The translations under genes were made by a program, and so were the position numbers. The notes beneath the pieces are model-generated. The model had not been told where the DNA came from and did not search any database. It saw nothing but the letters and a program-made list of their open reading frames with translations. A DNA stretch of 64,000 nucleotides, taken from contig CBDAOC010000016.1 in NCBI GenBank assembly GCA_965197925.1, forward strand, positions 64,001-128,000. The letters run 5' to 3'. Positions 8,842 through 18,108 of the stretch are shown piece after piece (the stretch's first letter is position 1; the number at the start of each line of letters is the position of its first letter). The stretch comes from Nitrososphaerales archaeon. GTDB taxonomy: Archaea; Thermoproteota; Nitrososphaeria; Nitrososphaerales; UBA213.

Positions 8842-10614
8842 TTATACACGTAACTGCGCAGATCTTGCCGTCACTTTAGCAACTTCTGCACTCCACCAAA
8901 CATCAGGATAAGCATGATGTGTATTAGCTTTAAGATCCTCTTCTTCCTCTTCACACGTTTTGTAACCATAGGACTCTGTTTCAAAAGAACTTATTTCATC
9001 AGGAACTTGTCCTGGAGCACACACCTCGTCTCCACACTTAGTAAGAACTTGCTTCTCTCTGCATCCGTCACGGAAGATAGATACAGCTTTGCAACCCTCT
9101 TCCCAAGCCATCAACATAATATTACGAATGTCGTCCACAGTAGCATTGTTAGGAAGATTAACCGTCTTAGAGATACCATTATCAATATGAGGCTGAACAG
9201 CACTGACCATTAGAACATGGTCTTCTGGAGCGATAGCATCAGCAACCTTTGGCATATCCTTACCTTGAGAATTTAGCCAGTCCACACTCCATGGACACTC
9301 CATTAACACATCACCATCAGCAGTTACTCTAGTATTTTCCAAGGCAAACAAAGGCTCAATACCAGTAGATACACCAAGCAAAATAGCGGTAGTACCAGTA
9401 GGCTGAATGCTCGTAACTATAGCATTACGACGCATGATACCCGTACCTTCAAAGCAAGGTGCTGGCCCGTCAACAGTAGCAAGATACCGTGTAGTACGTT
9501 CACACTGCAAACGAATAGCCTGAGCAATGTTAGCAGCAAATGTACGTGATACAGAACGGTCATAATCTAGCCCCATAACAGCTAGTAAGTCACCCAAGCC
9601 CATAAAACCCACACCAATGCGACGAGAGCGTAGAGAAGCCTCTCTGATGCCTTCTGTGGGGTATATATTCTCATCTAGGATTTGGTTTAAGTAACGAACC
9701 ATTAATGCTACAGTAAATTTCATACCTTCCCAATCAAAGACTTGCGTATCAACATTATAGAAAGCCATAAGGTTCAAAGAAGCAAGGTTACATGACTCAT
9801 TGTGCTTCAAGAACTGCTCTGAACATGGATTACAGCCTAGGATAGCCCCTTCATCAGGAGTAGGATTATCTTGATTTACTCTATCACGGTAAATTATGCC
9901 TGGATCACCTGTTGTCCAGCAACTCTCAGCCATACGGTCTAGAACAAAGTTAGCATGACTATCTCCATTATATACACGCTCCATAAAGTCGTCTCCAACT
10001 GATACTGAAATGTTAAAAGTACTAAGATCATTAGGGTCTGCATTTTTACATGTGATAAATTCTAGAATATCAGCATGCTCTACAGGCATCACACCCATCT
10101 GAGCCGCCGCTCTCTTACCTGACTGAGTAATCATACGCCCTACCGCATGTAAATACCGCATTACTTCCACAGGGCCACATGCCTTACCATGAGTTGAGTT
10201 GACAGAAGAACCTTTGGCACGGAGATTACCAAAGTAGTAGCCTACACCACCACCGAATTTTGTTATAGCGGCCGCGTCCCGGCCAATTGACATAATACCA
10301 TCGTCTTCCAACATATTATCTTCAATTTCCAATACGAAACATGCACTTAATGTTCCGTTATTCAAACCACGATTGAACAAGGTGGGACTATTAGGAAGAA
10401 ACTTACCTTCCTCTATATGAGTACGGATATCCGTACCTCTAGGGCCTGCTACTCTAGTTAAGAACTCCTCATGTGTCTCATGCGCACCGTTGCAGTAGTC
10501 ACATGTAGAAAGATTATCACCTATCTTAGAGTAGTATCTCTTGCATAGCAAAATCTGTGCATTATGCGTTATTCCGCCTTCTTTAAGTGTAGGTAGTTGA
10601 TTTACTGTGTTCAT
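8842..10614 (-). CDS. nrdJ: Ribonucleotide reductase, probably class II (B12-dependent)
   Basis: PNSPTLFN, LSACF, GGGVG, NPCSE, CNLASLN, QPTGT, GISKTVN; no ATP-cone and no small subunit in the window. Confidence 0.88.
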   Translation of the reverse strand: MNTVNQLPTLKEGGITHNAQILLCKRYYSKIGDNLSTCDYCNGAHETHEEFLTRVAGPRGTDIRTHIEEGKFLPNSPTLFNRGLNNGTLSACFVLEIEDNMLEDDGIMSIGRDAAAITKFGGGVGYYFGNLRAKGSSVNSTHGKACGPVEVMRYLHAVGRMITQSGKRAAAQMGVMPVEHADILEFITCKNADPNDLSTFNISVSVGDDFMERVYNGDSHANFVLDRMAESCWTTGDPGIIYRDRVNQDNPTPDEGAILGCNPCSEQFLKHNESCNLASLNLMAFYNVDTQVFDWEGMKFTVALMVRYLNQILDENIYPTEGIREASLRSRRIGVGFMGLGDLLAVMGLDYDRSVSRTFAANIAQAIRLQCERTTRYLATVDGPAPCFEGTGIMRRNAIVTSIQPTGTTAILLGVSTGIEPLFALENTRVTADGDVLMECPWSVDWLNSQGKDMPKVADAIAPEDHVLMVSAVQPHIDNGISKTVNLPNNATVDDIRNIMLMAWEEGCKAVSIFRDGCREKQVLTKCGDEVCAPGQVPDEISSFETESYGYKTCEEEEEDLKANTHHAYPDVWWSAEVAKVTARSAQLRV

Positions 10615-10699
10615 TATTGTTATATCTCCTTAAGATACAAAGAGCCGCAACCTTCGCGGTGCGGCGGTGTTTTGTTTTAGTCTTTATGTTCGTATCACT

Positions 10700-10728
10700 A
10701 TATTACTACACCCACCAACCCATGTCAA
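10700..10728 (-). promoter_or_regulatory. sigma70-type promoter for nrdJ
   Basis: TTGACA-17 nt-TAATAT on the - strand about 85 nt upstream of the start codon. Confidence 0.65.
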
Positions 10729-10746
10729 CAAATATTAGGAGCAATT

Positions 10747-11343
10747 TTGACCCAACATTATCCCATAGATAGTGCCGCAGCTTTTAGATTCTCCAAAGCA
10801 CAATTTGGAGAGTTATCCAACATGAATAACAGGTTTCCAGTAGTATTAAACGGTTTACAATTCCAATCATCGGAAGGCCTATATCAAGCCATGAAGTTCC
10901 CTACTAGCTCTAACAGGCAATTATACATAGCCCACGCACAAACTGGATATGATGCTAAAAAGAGGGCTTATTCAGCCACTAACGAGCCTCTATATGAGAA
11001 CTGGAACAACGCAAGAATAGACGCGATGCGCCTAACACTAGCCGTAAAGCTACTACAGCACCCTGCAACAATATACGACGTACTAAGATCCACAGGTAAC
11101 AAAAGCATAGTAGAATTTAGCCAAAAAGACCGATTTTGGGGTGCAAGCTATAATTATCATAACGATCAAAAAGTATACACAGGATATAACATATTAGGCA
11201 GACTATGGTCACGCTTACGAGACCTAGCCAAGAGCACAGATTGGGTTGAAGTAGAAGCACCTATCATTGCTTTTCTAGACCCTGTTCAGTATGCCTTCAC
11301 AATAAACAACGTACAATTTACCAAGGAATCAGTATTGTACTGA
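10747..11343 (+). CDS. NADAR family protein
   Basis: LSN...FPV, SSEGLYQAMKF, DRFWG and GYNILGRLW motifs; AGGAG RBS before TTG start. Confidence 0.88.
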   Translation: MTQHYPIDSAAAFRFSKAQFGELSNMNNRFPVVLNGLQFQSSEGLYQAMKFPTSSNRQLYIAHAQTGYDAKKRAYSATNEPLYENWNNARIDAMRLTLAVKLLQHPATIYDVLRSTGNKSIVEFSQKDRFWGASYNYHNDQKVYTGYNILGRLWSRLRDLAKSTDWVEVEAPIIAFLDPVQYAFTINNVQFTKESVLY

Positions 11344-11349
11344 GAACAA

Positions 11350-11368
11350 TGTCTTAATATTTAAGACA
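11350..11368. promoter_or_regulatory. Palindrome TGTCTTAA-tat-TTAAGACA, possible operator
   Basis: Perfect 8-bp inverted repeat upstream of ORF 11427. Confidence 0.4.
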
Positions 11369-11426
11369 CAAGGAGTGACACAATAGATACAAACCCAACC
11401 ATAAACTTAAAGGAAATAACAACCAC

Positions 11427-12017
11427 ATGGTAACATTAAACCTAAATACTCTGGATCTAGGTGACGCCCGTCGTCGTGCAGCTCCCGTAGCACAAAAGTT
11501 GCTTATGACAGATGTTCAGATGGATGAACTGCTTAACCCCGTTCGCCATCACGCTAGCGGACGTGGAGACAGACGTGCACGGCAGTTGCTTGATGCATAT
11601 AATCACTTCCGTGAGGGCACAGTTGACCAGATCGTAGGATCTGCTGCAATCCCCCAGGAACATATGGCTTCATTTGAACGCGATATTATCCAGCGAGCAG
11701 AGCAGGTGAACCGTTCTTTCGGTTTGCTAGCATGCTATGCACTAGCAGAACTTACGGATCCTAGCCCACCTGACGCACCTGTAATGGTACGTTCTGGCAA
11801 CCGTATGGCTCCTGGCGTAAATCAACACTTCGGTGGTGAAACGGCTTGGGGCGTAGCAGACTTCACAGTAAATGAAATTAATAGCAAGGCTAACCATTTC
11901 TGGAACTCTGTACTAAGACGTGTAGAACTGGCTGAACGTGAAGATGGTCGCTGCGATCGCAATGGATGCAACGATGACTGTACCGACGGTAACGAAGAGT
12001 ACCCAGACCTATATTAA
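11427..12017 (+). CDS. hypothetical protein
   Basis: 196-aa ORF, strong RBS, visibly more GC-rich than neighbours, own downstream hairpin. Confidence 0.75.
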   Translation: MVTLNLNTLDLGDARRRAAPVAQKLLMTDVQMDELLNPVRHHASGRGDRRARQLLDAYNHFREGTVDQIVGSAAIPQEHMASFERDIIQRAEQVNRSFGLLACYALAELTDPSPPDAPVMVRSGNRMAPGVNQHFGGETAWGVADFTVNEINSKANHFWNSVLRRVELAEREDGRCDRNGCNDDCTDGNEEYPDLY

Positions 12018-12024
12018 CCCTTAA

Positions 12025-12056
12025 TAGAACGACCTCAATTAAAAGAGGTCGTTCTA
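12025..12056 (+). terminator. 12-bp hairpin after ORF 11427
   Basis: TAGAACGACCTC-aattaaaa-GAGGTCGTTCTA; no U-tract. Confidence 0.55.
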
Positions 12057-12066
12057 CAGGATAACA

Positions 12067-12663
12067 ATGACCCTATTAGAAAGAAAATTAGGCAGAGAAC
12101 TAGCCTACACACACCTACACAGAGTACAACGATACCTAAAGACAGAGAATACTTTCTTAGGTTCCATAGACATAATTCTATTTGAATTAGACGAACTAAA
12201 CACCATTCTATTCTCTCTAAGCGATAGGTATCCAAGTGCACCTTATTGGATAGACTCTGAAAAGGAACTATCTGAGAAACTAATGCCAAGAGCTGCTGGA
12301 TACTCACTGAATGTGAACCAGTTTGGACACGCTAAGATAATACTTAACCACCTAACAAGTAGCATCCAAACCGTAATAGCTAATGAACTATTAGAATATG
12401 CATTTATACCTGTATCACTGAACATATCAGAGCAGTTGAAATTTATAATCGAATACAACTCCGTTCTACTAACCATGAAAGACTACTTCAGAAGTGCACA
12501 GCTAACATTAGATCTAACCAAAGATGCTATAGAAAATACAATACAGCGTAATGAGCCTTATCTAATGACAAAACTTGCACAACTACCAGCCATGCGTGTA
12601 AAGTCCGTAGTAGACCTTCATACTATAACAAAAGAGAGCCTTGTACCGCAGGTAACGCGTTAG
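12067..12663 (+). CDS. hypothetical protein
   Basis: 198-aa ORF with AGGA RBS. Confidence 0.65.
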   Translation: MTLLERKLGRELAYTHLHRVQRYLKTENTFLGSIDIILFELDELNTILFSLSDRYPSAPYWIDSEKELSEKLMPRAAGYSLNVNQFGHAKIILNHLTSSIQTVIANELLEYAFIPVSLNISEQLKFIIEYNSVLLTMKDYFRSAQLTLDLTKDAIENTIQRNEPYLMTKLAQLPAMRVKSVVDLHTITKESLVPQVTR

Positions 12664-12810
12664 AGGGATCCGGGAATTTCCTATAGTGAGGGGTGAAAAC
12701 TAAGACAATTAAGACAAATAAAATGTTGAAAACTGTTTCCTCACCCTATATAGGTATTGTCTCATTTGTCTTAGTTTACACCCCTCCCCTTAGAAAAATC
12801 CCGGATCCCC
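12664..12810. repeat. 54-bp imperfect inverted repeat with 39-bp spacer (candidate origin or structured element)
   Basis: Arm 12664-12717 aligns without gaps to the reverse complement of 12757-12810 (GGGATCCGGGA, GAGGGGTG, AAACTAAGACAA blocks). Confidence 0.85.
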
Positions 12811-12834
12811 CCCCCTACAGATAAAATAAGACAC

Positions 12835-14046
12835 ATGGACATAAAAATAACCCAACCCAACCTAATGCAAGCACTGCAGATCACCGCCCCTGCCGCCTTG
12901 CCCAATCCTGACTTCCCGGTAGGCAAATATGTATTAATAAATGTAGCAACTGGGCAAACCACACTAAATACCAACGATAGAAATATTTTTATCAACCAAG
13001 TGGCTCCAGTAGAAGAAGTTACAAAACCCGGACAAGTGCTTGTAGAACATAAACTACTATACAATTGGGCAGCACGTACGAAATCCGATAAAATGATCAG
13101 ACTATCTATAGAGAAAGAAAAAGACGACATAGAACAACTACACTGTCGCGCAGCTAGATCGCACGTACGCCTAGGAATAGCAGATACTAAGGACTTCCCA
13201 CCCAATCCCTTCAAACCCCATACAAGATGGACAATTCCAAGCAAACTGATAAAGGAAGGTCTATCAACAACAAGCAACTCACGGATAGGATTACCCGAGA
13301 AATCTGATGGCGAGACTACAAGAGCTATACATGGCACACATTTCCGCCTAACACCGACATACATCACCATAGAGGCTGTATCGTACAGTTACGGGGCATT
13401 CTATGCAGATACACATGGTATAGAGAATGTAAAGACAGAATTAGATGTACTACTAACCCCTAAAATCACCGGCATATTACAAACAACACTTCCAAACGAT
13501 GACACACTGATATTTCTAGAATTAAACGAACAAAAGTCGCTACTGAAAATAAAGTACAACACAACAGAGTGGTACGCCATTCTACTAAACGGAACATTTC
13601 CCGATACAAGCCCATTCTATGCAACAAGTAATCCTGTAGTGTATGAACTCGACGTGGACAGTACAGACTTACGCAATGCCATACAAACAGCTGAAATGTT
13701 CATGCAGCAAGCCTCCGATCCTATACTATTATGGTCAATGCCCGACGAAAATAACAACCAAACATTAGCTATAAAGAGTCTAGGTAATGAGAAAGGAAGT
13801 TACGAAGGACAGATAGATCTTATAAACATAGTAGAAGAAGACAAGGATAAGAAACCACTAAGAATAGCAGGATCTATACAACAATTAAGTAAAATTTCTG
13901 CAATATTGCGAGCCAGCAAAAGTATAAATTTGAAAGTAAAAGGAAAAGAAAATCCAGGTATGCACATATCCGGAGACTCCGCTGAACGAACATTCTACGT
14001 GACGATGCCAATCAAAATAAAGGATGAATTATGGCAGATAAAATAA
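12835..14046 (+). CDS. dnaN: DNA sliding clamp (DNA pol III beta-like)
   Basis: 403 aa; PGQVLV, DFP, LLNGTFPD and terminal YVTMPI match the beta-clamp layout; divergent. Confidence 0.75.
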   Translation: MDIKITQPNLMQALQITAPAALPNPDFPVGKYVLINVATGQTTLNTNDRNIFINQVAPVEEVTKPGQVLVEHKLLYNWAARTKSDKMIRLSIEKEKDDIEQLHCRAARSHVRLGIADTKDFPPNPFKPHTRWTIPSKLIKEGLSTTSNSRIGLPEKSDGETTRAIHGTHFRLTPTYITIEAVSYSYGAFYADTHGIENVKTELDVLLTPKITGILQTTLPNDDTLIFLELNEQKSLLKIKYNTTEWYAILLNGTFPDTSPFYATSNPVVYELDVDSTDLRNAIQTAEMFMQQASDPILLWSMPDENNNQTLAIKSLGNEKGSYEGQIDLINIVEEDKDKKPLRIAGSIQQLSKISAILRASKSINLKVKGKENPGMHISGDSAERTFYVTMPIKIKDELWQIK

Positions 14047-14357
14047 AACTACACGAACTATTATGGGTCGAAGTAAGTCACCCAAATGGAGTAGTATTTA
14101 AGGCTGACACACCAATTGCAATAGTACAAATACGAGTAGAAAAACAGTATGATATACCCATAGTAAAGATGTACATAGGTATAAAGCGTGGAAATGCAAT
14201 AATAAATCACAATAGAAACGCCGTGTATAATGATACAGAACGTACTCTACTTGCCAGATATGAAGATCTACAGAATGGATTAGACAACATTAGACCAATA
14301 ACTTTATACGAAACCAAAGTAGAAGAAATACGAAAGCTACTTCAACAAAACATATGA
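14031..14357 (+). CDS. hypothetical protein
   Basis: ORF overlapping both neighbours. Confidence 0.6.
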   Translation: MADKIKLHELLWVEVSHPNGVVFKADTPIAIVQIRVEKQYDIPIVKMYIGIKRGNAIINHNRNAVYNDTERTLLARYEDLQNGLDNIRPITLYETKVEEIRKLLQQNI

Positions 14358-14791
14358 ACGTAGAATTAAATAGTAACGATCTATACATAAAAGATGGGCT
14401 TCTAGCACTACAAGAGGCTGTAGAAACCACACAAGAAATTACACTACATCTTACTCCACATACTGAAACCTCTAAAAAAATTCTAACAAAGCTTAAGAAT
14501 AAAAAATTAGATCTAAAAATAACAGTGGATAAACTTGATACAATAGGAAAGACAATGCATAAAATACAAATTATGGACGACAAAAATGAGTGGATAGAAA
14601 GAAAAGAATATAGAGTAATTAATAATAACTACGCTATCACAGAGAAATACCATATACAAGAATTCATTGATAGAAGTCAAGAATGGGTAGATAAAACAAA
14701 CAGAACAAAAACAATAGGCGAAAGCCTAGATCAACTAGCAACTAAATTGCGTATAAATAAACAACATATACGCATAGAGCCCTTACAATAA
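14354..14791 (+). CDS. hypothetical protein
   Basis: ORF overlapping the upstream gene and abutting thyX. Confidence 0.6.
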   Translation: MNVELNSNDLYIKDGLLALQEAVETTQEITLHLTPHTETSKKILTKLKNKKLDLKITVDKLDTIGKTMHKIQIMDDKNEWIERKEYRVINNNYAITEKYHIQEFIDRSQEWVDKTNRTKTIGESLDQLATKLRINKQHIRIEPLQ

Positions 14792-15436
14792 ATGGCACTA
14801 GTAGAATACGTAAACCACATGGGCGATGATAACATGGTTGTTGACGCCGCCCGTGTGTCCTTCAATAAAACAAGTGACAATTATACAGATAGACAAAATG
14901 CTCGCCTCATTAAGTTCCTTCGTACACACAATCACTGGTCACCTTTCAGCCATTGCGTCGTACAGTTTAGAATTACTGCTCCCATATACGTTGCTAGACA
15001 GCTCTTCAAACACCAAATTGGCTTCTCTCTTAATGAAATATCCAGACGATACGTTGATTATGAGCCTACTTTTGACTGTCCAGAAGTTTGGAGAGCAAGA
15101 CCAGGAAAAAATAAGAAACAAGGAAGCGGAAGTAACCTAGAAAATCACTATCAGTTGTACATAAATAGTCTTGTACGAGACCACATAGAACGGTCTAAAA
15201 CACTGTATAATCAACTGATTGATATGGATGTTGCTCCCGAACAAGCCCGTGTAATACTACCACTATGCACTGAAACTCAGTGGATATGGACAGCCACACT
15301 CGAAGGCTGGTTAAGAGTATGTTCTCTACGCATAGCAGAGGATGCTCAATCAGAGACCCGAGCTGTAGCAGAAGAAATAGCTACACATATACAGAAGTTA
15401 TTCCCTATATGTTGGGAAGCTTCACAAGCAGGATAA
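14792..15436 (+). CDS. thyX: FAD-dependent thymidylate synthase
   Basis: AARVS, HWSPF, ARQLFKH, NEISRRY, EQARVILP, AQSE motifs. Confidence 0.95.
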   Translation: MALVEYVNHMGDDNMVVDAARVSFNKTSDNYTDRQNARLIKFLRTHNHWSPFSHCVVQFRITAPIYVARQLFKHQIGFSLNEISRRYVDYEPTFDCPEVWRARPGKNKKQGSGSNLENHYQLYINSLVRDHIERSKTLYNQLIDMDVAPEQARVILPLCTETQWIWTATLEGWLRVCSLRIAEDAQSETRAVAEEIATHIQKLFPICWEASQAG

Positions 15437-15441
15437 ATAAG

Positions 15442-15846
15442 ATGAATAAAAAAGTACAAATAAACAACAGAACTTTTACCTTAGAATTAATAACTATAAA
15501 TGAAAATGAATTCATATTAATAGATGATATATTAATAATGGGTGCAGCAACAGCAGATTTAACTAAATTCAGATGGACATATAATCCTAAATCTATAGGT
15601 ATGCCAGAAACAGTAGTAAGTATAAACACAGGACTACCTGCATTCATGCATTATTATAGCCAAAGAGAAGAAGATAGACATATTTATACAACTCTAACTG
15701 AAACATTATTAATGGCTTGCAATTTTATAGTAAAAGAAGAAAAAAGAGAACAAGAAAGACAAAAAGCACTTGCAGAAAAAGCAAAGCAAAAATACCCAAA
15801 TGAAGAAATAGAACTATTTTGGAAAACACTACCTAACGATGACTAA
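15442..15846 (+). CDS. hypothetical protein
   Basis: ATG at 15442 just after the thyX stop. Confidence 0.6.
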   Translation: MNKKVQINNRTFTLELITINENEFILIDDILIMGAATADLTKFRWTYNPKSIGMPETVVSINTGLPAFMHYYSQREEDRHIYTTLTETLLMACNFIVKEEKREQERQKALAEKAKQKYPNEEIELFWKTLPNDD

Positions 15847-16216
15847 AATACTCCCAGCAATAGTACCAACACTACTAATAACTGCTTTAATATTTAACTA
15901 CCTATTCTTCATTATAAATCCCAACGTATCACAAACAATCTGGAATATAATAGATCCAGTCCTACTAGCATACTTAGGACTATTCATACTGATATCAATA
16001 GTAGTAATGTACATTAAATCGACATACACCACATTTACATTGCTATATCTAACAGCAGCATCCATAGTAACCGTACTTTATGCTCACAACTATATACTCA
16101 AAGTAGCACTAGGCACGACCGCCGCCAACCCTTGGATCTGGCACTTCCTTGTACCAGCAGTAGTAGCTTTACTTATTATATACCTAATTAAGTACGCAAA
16201 AGGTGGACAAACATAA
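15839..16216 (+). CDS. Membrane protein with about four TM helices
   Basis: Four hydrophobic segments. Confidence 0.65.
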   Translation: MTKILPAIVPTLLITALIFNYLFFIINPNVSQTIWNIIDPVLLAYLGLFILISIVVMYIKSTYTTFTLLYLTAASIVTVLYAHNYILKVALGTTAANPWIWHFLVPAVVALLIIYLIKYAKGGQT

Positions 16217-16230
16217 AAGCCAAGATCTAC

Positions 16231-16494
16231 GTGCATCGCATAATAGCAGCACGCAACAAGAAAAACAATAAAGATGATCCATGCATAAGCATACGCACCC
16301 ATAAGAACACAGAAAGAGCACATGAAGTAGTATTCACAGGCCCTGCTAAACTAGTTACCATAAAGAATAATAAAGGTGACCCTTCTGTATGGATCGAAGC
16401 GCAAAGAGAAACCCTACAACTGATAACCCGAGGTAAAACAGATGAAGAAATGGGCTATCTAGCGCCAATACCAGAAAATGGATGGCTATTATAA
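16231..16494 (+). CDS. hypothetical protein
   Basis: 87-aa ORF (start may be slightly upstream). Confidence 0.55.
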   Translation: MHRIIAARNKKNNKDDPCISIRTHKNTERAHEVVFTGPAKLVTIKNNKGDPSVWIEAQRETLQLITRGKTDEEMGYLAPIPENGWLL

Positions 16495-16497
16495 AGC

Positions 16498-16764
16498 ATG
16501 CCCTCTATCTTAAAACCTCAGAAGTACGTATCATCAAGTAGTAAGAAATATAAAAAAGCTAGATATGCAATACGAAGACTAATAAAAGTAACATACTGGG
16601 ACAGAAAACGTCCAAACGTCTACGCCATAGTGACAAGGCTACTGCTAAGAACACATAGAGAATTCCATTTGAACTATCCAAACAATTTCCTAAGAGAAAA
16701 TAGAACGGATCAAAATGCCCGCGTCCATATTGAAACCCCAAAAATACGTATCATCGAGCAGTAA
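16498..16764 (+). CDS. small basic protein, tandem paralogue 1
   Basis: Shares SILKPQKYVSSSSKKYK and HREFHLNYPNNFLREN with 16715-16948. Confidence 0.7.
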   Translation: MPSILKPQKYVSSSSKKYKKARYAIRRLIKVTYWDRKRPNVYAIVTRLLLRTHREFHLNYPNNFLRENRTDQNARVHIETPKIRIIEQ

Positions 16765-16948
16765 GAAATATAAAATATGTAAACGCACTATAGCAGCCAT
16801 GATACTTGTAGCACGGTGGCAAAGACGGTATCCACAATACACAATATTACTAGTTTCTCACCTTCTAGCAGTACACAGAGAATTTCATTTAAACTATCCG
16901 AATAACTTTTTAAGAGAGAATATTACTGAACAATGGTATCAACACTAA
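16715..16948 (+). CDS. small basic protein, tandem paralogue 2
   Basis: Same terminal blocks as 16498-16764, with synonymous DNA differences. Confidence 0.7.
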   Translation: MPASILKPQKYVSSSSKKYKICKRTIAAMILVARWQRRYPQYTILLVSHLLAVHREFHLNYPNNFLRENITEQWYQH

Positions 16949-17286
16949 CCACACAACAAAAAATTGCAGTATTAACACAAAAATTAGCTATTATAGTACA
17001 AAGTGCCAATAAAGTACTAGAAAACATAGCAGTTAAAGAAAATGGCATTACATACATGCCAATAACTGAAAACGAACTAGTCACAATACAGCAATTAATG
17101 AACGACGGGTTAATAGATAAACTACCAGACATGAATGACCAATATAATCGTGTATACGTAACAGTAAAAGGTTATTCTAGATTACTGGATATGCTAGAAA
17201 GCATGCAGAAAGATGAAACAAGAGAGTATCAACGTACACACGCCCGTCCAAATGCGTTTGATATACAACATCAACAACAAAAGTAA
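16933..17286 (+). CDS. hypothetical protein (possible winged helix)
   Basis: IQQLMNDGLI...VYVTVKG pattern. Confidence 0.55.
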   Translation: MVSTLTTQQKIAVLTQKLAIIVQSANKVLENIAVKENGITYMPITENELVTIQQLMNDGLIDKLPDMNDQYNRVYVTVKGYSRLLDMLESMQKDETREYQRTHARPNAFDIQHQQQK

Positions 17287-17291
17287 CAACT

Positions 17292-18050
17292 ATGAAAATA
17301 CTTTTAACAATAATATTTTTACTAGTACTAAGTATCACATGTACTAACATCAAACATATAGAAATCCCTACTATTAAAATCAGTACCACCACACCCCCAT
17401 ACAAGCAAGCAACAATACCAGCAACAATACCAGCACCTACACCCACAATGCCACTAGCACCTACATCACCGCCACCGACTAAAAGAGTAACAAAATACAT
17501 ACAAGTACCTCCCACACCCTCACCCACGTCTATACCTAAACGTCACACTCCAGTTACAACAATATACAGACAAATAACTCAACAACCACCACCACCTACT
17601 GTAGAACCTCCAAACGAATACATCAGAACACCTACTAATCTATTCGCTAATGCATTCGTACAACCTACAAATACACCACGACCAACTAGACAACCTACAC
17701 CCGAACCCACATTAGCTTATAATATAGACGCCATAACAAAATACTACAGTGCTCCAAGCTTTAACGTGCACGACATACAAGTACAATTCATCACCCATAT
17801 TTTGCACAGTAACAAAGTAACATATCCTCAAGATACTTGCTACAGAGTAAAATACATAAATCGTCAAGGAAAGTCGAAATCAATTAAGCTAAAGTTCAGC
17901 CTATTCAACTACAATCAACAAGATGAATACATACAACTATACGAAATATCCAGTCCTGGTGCATTCGATGACGCTAATACACAAGATATACAACAAGCTC
18001 TAAAAAACCTAAAAAACAACAAAGAAACGCACAAATACTCCTGCAACTAA
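17292..18050 (+). CDS. Pro/Thr-rich exported protein
   Basis: Signal-peptide-like N-terminus followed by PTPT-rich low-complexity linker. Confidence 0.65.
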   Translation: MKILLTIIFLLVLSITCTNIKHIEIPTIKISTTTPPYKQATIPATIPAPTPTMPLAPTSPPPTKRVTKYIQVPPTPSPTSIPKRHTPVTTIYRQITQQPPPPTVEPPNEYIRTPTNLFANAFVQPTNTPRPTRQPTPEPTLAYNIDAITKYYSAPSFNVHDIQVQFITHILHSNKVTYPQDTCYRVKYINRQGKSKSIKLKFSLFNYNQQDEYIQLYEISSPGAFDDANTQDIQQALKNLKNNKETHKYSCN

Positions 18051-18108
18051 ACAAGTATGGTATACTAAATTCGAACTAAGCGTAAACTAAGGATATAACA
18101 TAGATTAA

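Noticed and set aside
10615..10700. Cobalamin riboswitch or NrdR box in the nrdJ leader
   Set aside because: Leader is under 90 nt with no B12-box; CACTATAT is only a partial NrdR-box match
12771..13370. 199-aa - strand ORF and similar antisense ORFs across the window
   Set aside because: They overlap well-supported genes on the opposite strand and show no recognisable motifs
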